Assembly (NCBI GenBank): GCA_036721955.1
Contig: DAIMKA010000001.1
Location: forward strand, 1-32,664
Reading direction: 5' to 3'
DNA: 32,664 nt
Origin: Lachnospiraceae bacterium
Lineage (GTDB): Bacteria > Bacillota > Clostridia > Lachnospirales > Lachnospiraceae
Shown: in pieces, positions 1-8,418 of the stretch
Position numbering within the stretch: position 1 is the stretch's first letter
Layout of the letters: every line of letters begins with the position of its first letter
Position numbers and translations under genes: made by a program
The notes under the pieces: model-generated
The model's input: only the letters and a program-made list of their open reading frames with translations
Told to the model about the DNA's origin: nothing
Databases searched by the model: none

Positions 1-243
1 GACTGCTTGCAGGCATAGTTCCGAGCAAAATCAGTGTGCGGCCAGGATTGCAAGGAGAAATCCGCGCAGGCGGTTTCTCCGATGCACGGCGCAATTGCAT
101 TTGCGCCAAACAGGAGAAGCCGTCATCGGACGGCTTCGAGTGTCAGGAGTTCTGGCCGGCCACATCGAGGATTCCCGAAGGGAATTCGAGATGCCGCTTG
201 CGACACAATCCCGGTTTTGGGTCATTTCTTTCCTTTTCCCGCA

Positions 244-252
244 TGCTATACT
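244..252 (+). promoter_or_regulatory. Putative extended -10 promoter (TGcTATACT) for the CDS at 320
   Basis: TGCTATACT about 70 nt upstream of the ATG; no convincing -35 element. Confidence 0.45.
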
Positions 253-319
253 CGATGCTGACATTCGGGAAGCAGGTTCCGTTTCGTTTTCCCGGCAGAA
301 TGATGAAGGAGTTCGTCCC

Positions 320-1363
320 ATGAATACCTATCTGATGAAAAAGGCCATGATCGAGACCGCCGTAGACCACGGCATCAAGGAAATGGAAGATGATCCGAAA
401 AGAAGCGTCCGCAGGCTGACCGATCTCGGCAGGCAGTTTTCCAGAAACCGCTTTCAGGAGACGGTTTTCTCCGTCATGCAGGAGCTCCTCGACAATGAGG
501 ACAGCGCCTATTACGATATGATGCACAACCTCCTGAAGAATTCCGACAAGGAGGCTCTGAAGAAGTTCGGCGTCAATTTCGGATACATGAGCTGGACCTA
601 CGGTGCCGCCAGAATCCGTGAGAACGAAGCCCGGGAGGGTTTCTGCATTCCGTGGACCATTATGCTGCGTTATGACGCAGAGGCGGAGAACGGCCTTTCC
701 ATGGACCGTCTTGCCTCACTGATGGAGCAGGGGCAGGAGCTCGGCATCTATGCCTACTTTATCCGTGAGTGCGCCGACGACAAGGACTCCTATGCTCTTC
801 TGGAGCTCCTGGAGCGCTACAAGGAAACCGCCAGTGTCTGGTTCAAGAGCAACGGGCGTCTCACCGCGGCGCAGATCCAGATGCTCCGGGTGTGCCGCAA
901 CGCGCTGGTATGCCTTCCGCTTGCTGATCCGGAGACGCAGCTGACCGCGGCCCTTCTTCGTGACCAGAAGGTTCCGTTTGCCCTTTATCTGGAATACGGA
1001 AAGGGATCCATGAACGCGGAATACGCGGCCAGCAGCATGGAGAATGTCCTTGCGAGCGAAACCGCCATGTTTTTCCTGATTTCCGCTGACGGGGCGGACA
1101 GCTCCGCGGCAGATCTCGCGTATCATTCCCGGCTGGAACAGAAATATCCCTGTGTCATTATGGATTATTACGGGGACGGACAGTCCATCAGCCGTGTTCT
1201 CTGCGAACATTCCAATCTTCTGGAAATCGGCGCGGACGGATGCATGATCCGTCCGGACGGTCAGAAAGGCGAGCCCTTCCCCTTTGAACTGCCTCTTCGG
1301 GAGGCTCTGCGGAGGGTCATGCCACCACAGAAGCCATCTTCAGAATCACATCCCGAATCTTAG
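320..1363 (+). CDS. Hypothetical protein; degenerate homologue of clostridial radical SAM/SPASM proteins lacking CxxxCxxC
   Basis: ORF 95..1363, with likely start ATG 320 after AAGGAG (306-311), giving 347 aa. Segments IPWTIML, QGQELGIYAY, LLRDQKVPF, MDYYGD and LEIGADG are colinear with a clostridial radical SAM family as I recall it (IPWAILxDPTSACNLxCxGC...QGKELGxYxY), but the cysteine motif is absent. Confidence 0.75.
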   Translation: MNTYLMKKAMIETAVDHGIKEMEDDPKRSVRRLTDLGRQFSRNRFQETVFSVMQELLDNEDSAYYDMMHNLLKNSDKEALKKFGVNFGYMSWTYGAARIRENEAREGFCIPWTIMLRYDAEAENGLSMDRLASLMEQGQELGIYAYFIRECADDKDSYALLELLERYKETASVWFKSNGRLTAAQIQMLRVCRNALVCLPLADPETQLTAALLRDQKVPFALYLEYGKGSMNAEYAASSMENVLASETAMFFLISADGADSSAADLAYHSRLEQKYPCVIMDYYGDGQSISRVLCEHSNLLEIGADGCMIRPDGQKGEPFPFELPLREALRRVMPPQKPSSESHPES

Positions 1364-1853
1364 CAAGATAGGTATCAGCGTCCATGGTCTGCCGGTACTC
1401 TCCGGACAGCCATCGGACCAGCGATGTCAGAAATGCGTCAAGAATAAACGTCAGATAGAAATCATCATCTTTGGTGTGAGAAAGAATATCACGAAGGAAG
1501 AACTCCACAACCGGTGTCATCGTCTCCACCAGATAATCCCGGAAGGAATTCTGTCCTTCGATCTGCAGCGCTGCATGATAAAACTCCCTCTCGGAATAGA
1601 AATAATGCAGAACATCCGACAGGCAGTCCCAGCCGCTCTCATAATTCGCAACGTCCATCCCGCCGACGAAGCCCACATAGAAGATCCAGTTCACCAGATC
1701 ATACTTATCCCGGAAGTGGTAGTAGAAGCTCTTCCGGTTGATGCCGCAGTCATTGCAGATGTCCGAAACGCTGATTTTCTCAAACGGGCGCTGGCGCATC
1801 AGTTTCTTCATGGATGCCGCCAGCGCATTTTTTGTTGCATTGGAGTCCGACAC
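1317..1853 (-). CDS. TetR/AcrR family transcriptional regulator (DhaS-like)
   Basis: N-terminal HTH FEKISVSDICNDCGINRKSFYYHFRDKYDL; GTG start 4 nt after the sufU stop, with GGGTGAGG as SD. Confidence 0.92.
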   Translation of the reverse strand: MSDSNATKNALAASMKKLMRQRPFEKISVSDICNDCGINRKSFYYHFRDKYDLVNWIFYVGFVGGMDVANYESGWDCLSDVLHYFYSEREFYHAALQIEGQNSFRDYLVETMTPVVEFFLRDILSHTKDDDFYLTFILDAFLTSLVRWLSGEYRQTMDADTYLAKIRDVILKMASVVA

Positions 1854-1857
1854 TTCC

Positions 1858-2370
1858 TCACCCTTCTTGGGTCTTTGGAAGCTGGCAGGAGCCGCAGGAA
1901 TCGCTGCCGCTTCCCTGGGCGGCCGCGTCTGTCACTCCATCCTTCTGCAGCTTCTCAATGACCTCCTTCATGGTGCGCCATCCGAGTGTTGCGCACTTCA
2001 CACGCGCCGGCATGTGGGCAACATCCTCCAGGGAGGCAGCCTCATCCAGCTCCTCCTTCTCCTCTTCCGTGGCGGTTCCCTTGATCATGCCCATGAAAAT
2101 CGAAGCAAGGCGCAGCGCCTCCTCTTCGGTCTGTCCGATCACCAGATCACACATCATATCGGCGCTCGCCTGCGAGACCGCACACCCGCTTCCGTTGAAG
2201 GCAGCATCCTCAATCACACCGTTCTGAACGGTCAGCTGCAGATTAATATCATCTCCGCAGCTCGGATTCACGCCGTTCAGTACGATGGAAGGATGCTCCA
2301 GGTCGTGCTTATGCGTCGGATGCAGATTATGTTCATTCACAATTTCACGATATAACGATTTAATATCCAA
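1858..2370 (-). CDS. sufU: SUF system NifU/SufU Fe-S assembly protein
   Basis: LYREIVNEH, NPSCGD, GCAVSQASA and RVKCATLGW motifs; directly follows sufS. Confidence 0.95.
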   Translation of the reverse strand: MDIKSLYREIVNEHNLHPTHKHDLEHPSIVLNGVNPSCGDDINLQLTVQNGVIEDAAFNGSGCAVSQASADMMCDLVIGQTEEEALRLASIFMGMIKGTATEEEKEELDEAASLEDVAHMPARVKCATLGWRTMKEVIEKLQKDGVTDAAAQGSGSDSCGSCQLPKTQEG

Positions 2371-3586
2371 GCCAGCCTCTCACTTTCGAGACCGCAGCAA
2401 CAAAGCGGTCTACCTCTTCTTCCGTATTATAGAAATACAAGCTCGCCCGCACGGTCGCATTCGCGCCGAGGAACTTCATGAGCGGCTGTGCGCAGTGATG
2501 TCCTGCCCGCACCGCGATGTGCTCCGTATCCAGGACCGACGCCACATCATGCGGGTGGCATCCCTCAATATTGAAGGTAACGATCCCGCTGTGTCTTGCA
2601 GGATCCGGCGACCCGTACAGCGTGACCTCCGGGAGCTTTCGCAGGCCCTCCATCAGCTTCGCCGTCAGATCCGCCTCTGTCTTCTCTATTGTATCAAATC
2701 CGACCTGCTGCAGGTAATCAATTGCAGCACCCAGTCCGACTGCACCGGACGCATTGACCGTTCCCGCCTCAAATTTCTCCGGAACCTCCGCAAAGGTTGC
2801 GCTCTGCCGGTCCACATATTCGATCATCTCTCCGCCGGTCAAAAACGGCGGCATTTCTTCCAGAAGCTCCATTCGTCCGTACAGCGCACCGATTCCCATC
2901 GGCCCCATCAGCTTATGCCCCGAGAACGCATAGAAATCGCAGCCGATCTCCTGTACATTCACCGGCATATGCGGTGTGGACTGTGCGCCGTCTACCACAC
3001 AGACAGCTCCGTGGCGATGCGCTTCCTCTGCGATCCGCTTCACGGGATTCGTCACGCCGAGAACATTGCTGACATATCCGATGGAAACAATCTTCGTGCG
3101 GTCCGTAATCTTCCTGCAGATTTCCTCCTCAGAGAGGACTCCCTCCGCGGACGGTTCCATATAAATCAGCTTCGCTCCGGTCTGCCGGCAGACCATCTGC
3201 CAGGGAAGAATATTGGAATGATGCTCCATCACTGAAATGACAATCTCATCATCCTTTTTCACGTGACTCAGGCCATAGCTGTATGCCACCAGATTCAGGG
3301 ACTCCGTCGTATTGCGGGTGAAAATCACCTCGCCGTCCTCCTTCGCCCCGATCAGTGCGGCAGCCTTGTGCCTTGCCTTCTCATATTCCTCTGTCGCCTC
3401 AATGCTCCACCCGTACAGGCCGCGCAGCGGATTGGCGTTGCAGGTATTGTTGAAGCGCTCCATGGCATCCATGACACACTGCGGACGCTGGGTTGTAGCG
3501 GCATTGTCAAAATATACGACATCGCTGTCTCTCAGAATCGGAAAATCCTTCCGATACGGATTCTCCAGGCTGTTCCTTCCACTCAT
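2360..3586 (-). CDS. sufS: Cysteine desulfurase, SufS type
   Basis: YFDNAATTQRP, PLP lysine in FSGHKLMGPMGIG, group II catalytic loop RAGHHCAQP. Confidence 0.97.
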   Translation of the reverse strand: MSGRNSLENPYRKDFPILRDSDVVYFDNAATTQRPQCVMDAMERFNNTCNANPLRGLYGWSIEATEEYEKARHKAAALIGAKEDGEVIFTRNTTESLNLVAYSYGLSHVKKDDEIVISVMEHHSNILPWQMVCRQTGAKLIYMEPSAEGVLSEEEICRKITDRTKIVSIGYVSNVLGVTNPVKRIAEEAHRHGAVCVVDGAQSTPHMPVNVQEIGCDFYAFSGHKLMGPMGIGALYGRMELLEEMPPFLTGGEMIEYVDRQSATFAEVPEKFEAGTVNASGAVGLGAAIDYLQQVGFDTIEKTEADLTAKLMEGLRKLPEVTLYGSPDPARHSGIVTFNIEGCHPHDVASVLDTEHIAVRAGHHCAQPLMKFLGANATVRASLYFYNTEEEVDRFVAAVSKVRGWLGY

Positions 3587-4734
3587 TCCGCAAAGGCCTC
3601 CTCGATTTTATTCATCAGTTCTGCCCGAAGCTGGGGGTCCGGAATTTCTCTGGCCACTGCCCCGAGTCTTGCGCGGACCATAATCTGCTCCGCCTCCTTC
3701 CGGTCGATGCCGCGGGTCGCCATGTAAAAGAGCATTTCATCATCCAGCTGCCCGATGGATGCGCCGTGGCGGCCCTCCACATCCTCTTCCTCACAGAGAA
3801 TGATCGGAAGCGTCTTGTTCACAATGTCATCCGACAAAAGCAGTACATTCTCCTGCTCATCACCCTTCGAGCCCTTCGACCCCTTCCGGAAATCAATGGT
3901 GCCGCGGAACGCTTTCCGGCTCTCGTCCTTCAGAACGCCGTCAAAGCTCATCTGCACGCCGGTTTTACGCCCGCGCTGAACGGCGTTGTAGTTGACATCG
4001 ATCTCTCCTTTTCCGGCGCCAAGATAACCCACACGCGCCTCAAAGGAAGAACGGCTGCCGATCAGTTCCGGCTGTGCGCCGATGAAGACCTTTCCGCCTC
4101 CCAGTTCAATCTGCACCATTTTCAGGGACGCATCCTCTGCGAGCGTCGCTCCGGTGTCATCCAGAAATACGTATCCGTCCCCCAGAAGCTGCGCCTTGGC
4201 AAGAAACAGGCTTGCGCCCTTTTCCAGCACAATTTTCGTGGAAAACGCAGCGGTCCCCTGATCCTTCCTGCCGGATGCCGCACGGATCAGAAGTGTCAGG
4301 GAGCTGTTCTCTCCCACATGGATCAGCTGTCCCTGCGATGCCTCATTGCCGTCCTGAAAATCCACGCTCCAGGTCACCGGCTCCCCGCATTTCGTGCCCG
4401 GCTCCACTTCAAACATCTCATATGCTGTCCCTGCCTTGTCGAGGAACGCATCATATTCCGCGCCCAGACCGGTTCCGAATTTCTGCGGATGATAAATCGG
4501 GACTTTTCCCGCAATCACCGCCTCCGGCTTCTCCAGTGGTGCGTGCTTTTTCAGCCAGTCTGCCGCTTCCCTTCCCGTCATCTTCCGATGGGAAACTCCC
4601 TGCGGGAGCTCTTCAAATCTGGTCTCCACCTCCGTAGAGGCAGACAGCCCTTCCGGTACCGTTCCCTCATTGGCTTCCAGCCGGTTCCAGGTCAGAGAGG
4701 GGATATGACCGACTTTCATTGCTGCCTCGCTCAT
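3583..4734 (-). CDS. sufD: Fe-S cluster assembly protein SufD
   Basis: C-terminal FRGTIDF...EEEDVEGRHGASIGQLDDEMLFYMATRGI; lies between sufB and sufS. Confidence 0.9.
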   Translation of the reverse strand: MSEAAMKVGHIPSLTWNRLEANEGTVPEGLSASTEVETRFEELPQGVSHRKMTGREAADWLKKHAPLEKPEAVIAGKVPIYHPQKFGTGLGAEYDAFLDKAGTAYEMFEVEPGTKCGEPVTWSVDFQDGNEASQGQLIHVGENSSLTLLIRAASGRKDQGTAAFSTKIVLEKGASLFLAKAQLLGDGYVFLDDTGATLAEDASLKMVQIELGGGKVFIGAQPELIGSRSSFEARVGYLGAGKGEIDVNYNAVQRGRKTGVQMSFDGVLKDESRKAFRGTIDFRKGSKGSKGDEQENVLLLSDDIVNKTLPIILCEEEDVEGRHGASIGQLDDEMLFYMATRGIDRKEAEQIMVRARLGAVAREIPDPQLRAELMNKIEEAFAE

Positions 4735-4735
4735 C

Positions 4736-6136
4736 TTACATTCCCTCCATTTCCAGACGGATCAGGTTGTTCATCTCCGCCGCATACTCCAGCGGAAGCT
4801 CCTTGCTCACAGGATCCGCAAAGCCCGAGACAATCATGGCTCTCGCCTCTGTCTCGCTGATTCCCCTCGACATCAGATAGAAGACCGCCTCGTCGCTGAT
4901 GCGTCCGATCTTCGCCTCATGTCCCACATCCGCATCCGCGGTGCGCACATCCATCGCAGGGATGGTGTCCGAACGGGAAATATCATCCAGCATCAGGGAT
5001 GCGCAGTCCACGGATGCTTTCGCGCCCTTCGCGCTCTTCCGGATCTCAATGCTGCTGCGGTAGGTGCTGACGCCTCCGTCCTTGGAAATTGACTTCGTAT
5101 TGATATAGGAAGACGTATCCTCTCCGATGTGTACCATCTTGGCTCCGGTGTCCAGATTCTGTCCGCCGCCCGCAAATGTGATGCCGGTGAACTCGCAGTG
5201 GGAATGTGCCCCCTTCAGAATCGTGGTCGGGTACAGATAAGAGACATGGGATCCGAAAGATCCGGAAACCCATTCCATCCTTCCTCCCTCCTCCACCAGC
5301 GCACGCTTGGTGTTGAGGTTGTACATGTTCTTCGACCAGTTTTCGATCGTGGAATACCGGAGTCTTGCGTTCTTCTTGACATAAAGCTCCACACAGCCTG
5401 CGTGAAGATTGGCAATGTTGTACTTCGGTGCCGAGCAGCCCTCAATGAAATGAAGATCTGCTCCCTCATCCACAATGATCAGCGTATGCTCGAACTGGCC
5501 CGCGCCCTTCGCGTTCAGCCGGAAATAGGACTGAAGCGGAATTTCCACCTTCACTCCCTTCGGAACATACACAAACGAGCCGCCGGACCACACGGCCCCG
5601 TGCAGCGCCGCAAATTTGTGATCCGTCGGAGGAACCAGATGCATGAAATATTCCTTCACCATATCCTGGTACTCGCCGGTCACCGCCTCCTCAAAGCCGG
5701 TGTAGACCACGCCCTGCCTGGCCACGTCCTCCTGCAGGTTGTGATATACCAGCTCCGAATCGTACTGGGCGCCGACACCGGCCAGCGATTCTCTTTCCGC
5801 CTGCGGAATCCCCAGCTTCTCAAAGGTATTCTTGATCTCGTCCGGAACCTCGTTCCAGTCGCCCTTCATGTCCGAGCGGGAACGCACATAGGAAGAGATC
5901 CGGTCCATGTCCAGGCCGTCAATGGAGGGGCCCCAATCCGGCACCTGCATTTCATTGTAGAGTTTCAGACACTTCAGCCGGAACTGCCGCATCCACTCCG
6001 GATCCTTCTTCTCTTCCGAAATTTTCTCCACAATGTCCGCAGTCAGACCTTCCTGCATCCGGTAGAAGCCCTGTGACTCATCATCCTTGAAGTCATAGAG
6101 GCTCCGGTCGACATCTTTCACTTTCTGTTCTGCCAT
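4736..6136 (-). CDS. sufB: Fe-S cluster assembly protein SufB
   Basis: GVGAQYDSE, FAALHGAVWSGGSFVYVPKG, GQFEHTLII, HEAKIGRIS...FYLMSRG. Start trimmed to MAEQKVKD at 6136. Confidence 0.97.
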   Translation of the reverse strand: MAEQKVKDVDRSLYDFKDDESQGFYRMQEGLTADIVEKISEEKKDPEWMRQFRLKCLKLYNEMQVPDWGPSIDGLDMDRISSYVRSRSDMKGDWNEVPDEIKNTFEKLGIPQAERESLAGVGAQYDSELVYHNLQEDVARQGVVYTGFEEAVTGEYQDMVKEYFMHLVPPTDHKFAALHGAVWSGGSFVYVPKGVKVEIPLQSYFRLNAKGAGQFEHTLIIVDEGADLHFIEGCSAPKYNIANLHAGCVELYVKKNARLRYSTIENWSKNMYNLNTKRALVEEGGRMEWVSGSFGSHVSYLYPTTILKGAHSHCEFTGITFAGGGQNLDTGAKMVHIGEDTSSYINTKSISKDGGVSTYRSSIEIRKSAKGAKASVDCASLMLDDISRSDTIPAMDVRTADADVGHEAKIGRISDEAVFYLMSRGISETEARAMIVSGFADPVSKELPLEYAAEMNNLIRLEMEGM

Positions 6137-6152
6137 AATCGCCGTTCCTTTA

Positions 6153-6899
6153 TTACGCTTCCACGAATCTTTCGAATCCGCGCTTATTAATCTCATCCAC
6201 CAGCTCCGCACCGCCGGTGTGAACCAGATTTCCCTTCACCAGGACGTGCGTGTAATCAACCTTCAGATACTCCAGAATCCGCGTGGAATGCGTGATGATC
6301 AGGAGCGCTCCGTTTCTCTTCTTCTGATATTCCTCGATGCCCCTGGAAACAACGCGCACCGCGTCCACATCCAGACCGGAATCCGTCTCGTCCAGAATAG
6401 CCAGCTTCGGATTGAGCATCAGAAGCTGCAGAATCTCCGCCTTCTTCTTTTCTCCGCCGGAGAAGCCGACATTCAGGTCACGCTCTGCGTAGGCTTCATC
6501 CATTCCGAGCAGCTCCATCGTCGCCTCCAGCTCCTTCTTGAACTGGAAAATCTTGAGAGGCTTTCCGGTTTTCTGCCGGATGGCATTGCGAAGGAACGAC
6601 TCCAGCGACAGTCCGGGAACCTCCAGCGGGTTCTGGAAGGAGAGGAACATTCCCTTCTGCGCGCGCTTGTCCGCAGACAACGCCGTAATATCTTCCCCGT
6701 CGAAAACAATCTTCCCGCTTGTCACCTTATAATTGGGATTTCCCATCAGCGTATAGCCCAGCGTCGATTTGCCGGCACCGTTCGGCCCCATCAGGACATG
6801 TGTCTCTCCTGCCCCGATTTCCAGATTAATATGATGCAGCAGCTCGCCTTCCTCAATGGCTGCCGACAGGTCTGTCACCTGAAGTAATGTATCTGCCAT
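6153..6899 (-). CDS. sufC: Fe-S cluster assembly ATPase SufC
   Basis: Walker A GPNGAGKS, signature FSGGEKKK, LDETDSGLDVDA. Start MADTLLQ at 6899 after GGAGG. Confidence 0.97.
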   Translation of the reverse strand: MADTLLQVTDLSAAIEEGELLHHINLEIGAGETHVLMGPNGAGKSTLGYTLMGNPNYKVTSGKIVFDGEDITALSADKRAQKGMFLSFQNPLEVPGLSLESFLRNAIRQKTGKPLKIFQFKKELEATMELLGMDEAYAERDLNVGFSGGEKKKAEILQLLMLNPKLAILDETDSGLDVDAVRVVSRGIEEYQKKRNGALLIITHSTRILEYLKVDYTHVLVKGNLVHTGGAELVDEINKRGFERFVEA

Positions 6900-6945
6900 A
6901 ATTTCCTCCATCTGTTCGCAGCAATCTGTTCCATCGCCGCGGTAG

Positions 6946-7052
6946 CCTGATCCGTTTCGTGATATGATAACCATTCAGCACATTTCGAATTTCCCTGTGG
7001 AAGTCCTCGATACTCCCGGTCAGAGGTGCTGAACGATTACATACGTCTCAGG
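6946..7052 (-). ncRNA. Candidate structured RNA (long rod-like hairpin) in the sufC leader; family unassigned
   Basis: Nested minus-strand helices: CCUGA/UCAGG, CGU/ACG, UAAUCGUUCAGCAC/GUGCUGAAUGGUUA (14 bp, 2 G-U), CUCUG/CAGGG and GGGAGU/ACUUCC. The wobbles pair only on the minus strand. Confidence 0.45.
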
Positions 7053-7189
7053 GTAAAATATTCTGGCACAGACCCCCTCTTTTTGTCTGTTGCCATAACA
7101 ACAATATACCGTATCCTGCCAGGTACACAGAGAATTTCCATCAGAAATTCCGGGAAATCCGGGCCGGTACGCCTATACAAGTCTCCTGC

Positions 7190-7627
7190 TCAGATTACAA
7201 AATCATTTCCCGCGAGTGCATCCGCCTGATCCTTCAAATCCTGAAGCGTCACGCTGTCCGCATAGTCATTGATGACTTTGGAGAATTCCTTCCAGAACGG
7301 AAGCACCGCACAGTCCGCGCTGCGGGCGCAGGGGTTGCAGTCTCCCTCCAGACAGGGAACCGGTTCCAGCGGTCCCTCCATGACACGCAGAATATCTCCC
7401 ACGGTGTAATCCTCCGGCCGCTTCGACAGCCGGTAGCCGCCGTTGTTGCCTCTCTGAGAGCGCAGATATCCGGACCTGGTCAGTGCCGTCACAATCTGCT
7501 CCAGATATTTCACCGTAATATCCTGCCGTTCCGAAATATCCTTCAATGAAATATACTCGCCTGTATCATGAACCGCAAGGTCCAGCATCATCCGAAGCGC
7601 GTACCGTCCTTTTGTTGAAATTTTCAT
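7190..7627 (-). CDS. Rrf2 family transcriptional regulator (IscR-like, three-Cys type)
   Basis: MKISTKGRYALRMMLDLA, KYLEQI, SQRGNNGGYRL, and cysteine cluster CLEGDCNPCARSADC. Start trimmed to 7627; lies directly upstream of the suf operon. Confidence 0.93.
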   Translation of the reverse strand: MKISTKGRYALRMMLDLAVHDTGEYISLKDISERQDITVKYLEQIVTALTRSGYLRSQRGNNGGYRLSKRPEDYTVGDILRVMEGPLEPVPCLEGDCNPCARSADCAVLPFWKEFSKVINDYADSVTLQDLKDQADALAGNDFVI

Positions 7628-7792
7628 ACTGTCCCTCCTGTCGTGCCGGATCTTCGGGTTGTTCCCCTTTCGCTCCTGCACTATACTTTCTTTTAATGTA
7701 ACTATTCCAAAAGCTGTCCCCTTCCGTACCGTGTCTTCCACGGTCCGTGCCGCAGGCAGCATCCGCGTGTACCGGTTCCGGCAACCGGCGCA

Positions 7793-7834
7793 AATCCTAC
7801 TAATTATTGTAATCCTATCGGGGCTCGGGTATTT
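7793..7834. promoter_or_regulatory. Putative Rrf2/IscR-type operator region between rrf2 and tadA
   Basis: AATCCTA occurs twice (7793-7799, 7811-7817). The minus strand reads ATACCCGAG...GATAGGATT, resembling IscR-type boxes. Judged by eye only. Confidence 0.35.
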
Positions 7835-7902
7835 GCCATAGATATCATATATGCCCGGACGCTTTTTCGCAAGCAAAGACACAGGAAAGGATCTTCCCAT
7901 TT

Positions 7903-8394
7903 ATGCTGACCACAGATGAAAAGTATATGAAGCAGGCTCTTACACAAGCCAAAAAGGCCATGGCCCTCGGTGAGGTCCCCATTGGCTGCGTCATTGTCCA
8001 TGACGGCACCGTCATCGGGCGCGGCTACAACCGCCGCAACACCGATCATTCCACACTCTCCCACGCGGAGATTACCGCGATCCGCAAGGCCAGCCGCAAA
8101 CTCGGCGACTGGCGTCTGGAGGGCTGCACGCTCTACTGTACGCTGGAACCCTGCCCCATGTGTGCCGGAGCCATCGAGCAGGCACGGATCGACCGCGTTG
8201 TCATCGGAGCCCCCAGTGACAAATCCGGCTGCGCCGGTTCCCTTCTCAACATTGTTGCCAACGACAAGCTGATGCATCAGTCCGAGATCACCCGGGACGT
8301 TCTGACGGAGGAATGCCGCGCTCTCCTGCAGCAGTTTTTCCGCGATCTTCGCATCCGGAACCGCCTGTGTAAAAAAGAGCGGGACTTGCCGTAG
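7903..8394 (+). CDS. tadA: tRNA adenosine(34) deaminase
   Basis: GEVPIGCVIV, HAEI and TLEPCPMCAGA zinc-deaminase motifs; immediately upstream of the SRP RNA as in other Firmicutes. Confidence 0.95.
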   Translation: MLTTDEKYMKQALTQAKKAMALGEVPIGCVIVHDGTVIGRGYNRRNTDHSTLSHAEITAIRKASRKLGDWRLEGCTLYCTLEPCPMCAGAIEQARIDRVVIGAPSDKSGCAGSLLNIVANDKLMHQSEITRDVLTEECRALLQQFFRDLRIRNRLCKKERDLP

Positions 8395-8414
8395 AAAGCC
8401 TTCTTTGCTATACT
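8386..8414 (+). promoter_or_regulatory. Sigma-A promoter of the SRP RNA
   Basis: TTGCCG (8386-8391), 17-nt spacer, TATACT (8409-8414) with TG extension. Confidence 0.8.
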
Positions 8415-8418
8415 AATG

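Noticed and set aside
88..107. Small inverted repeat GGCGCAA-N6-TTGCGCC
   Set aside because: A 7-bp stem without a clear U-tract, and upstream context is missing; cannot assign a function.
6900..7189. SAM-I riboswitch or canonical 6S RNA upstream of sufC
   Set aside because: SAM-I core motifs are absent, and the rod is too short and lacks the central bubble of 6S; kept only as an unassigned structure.
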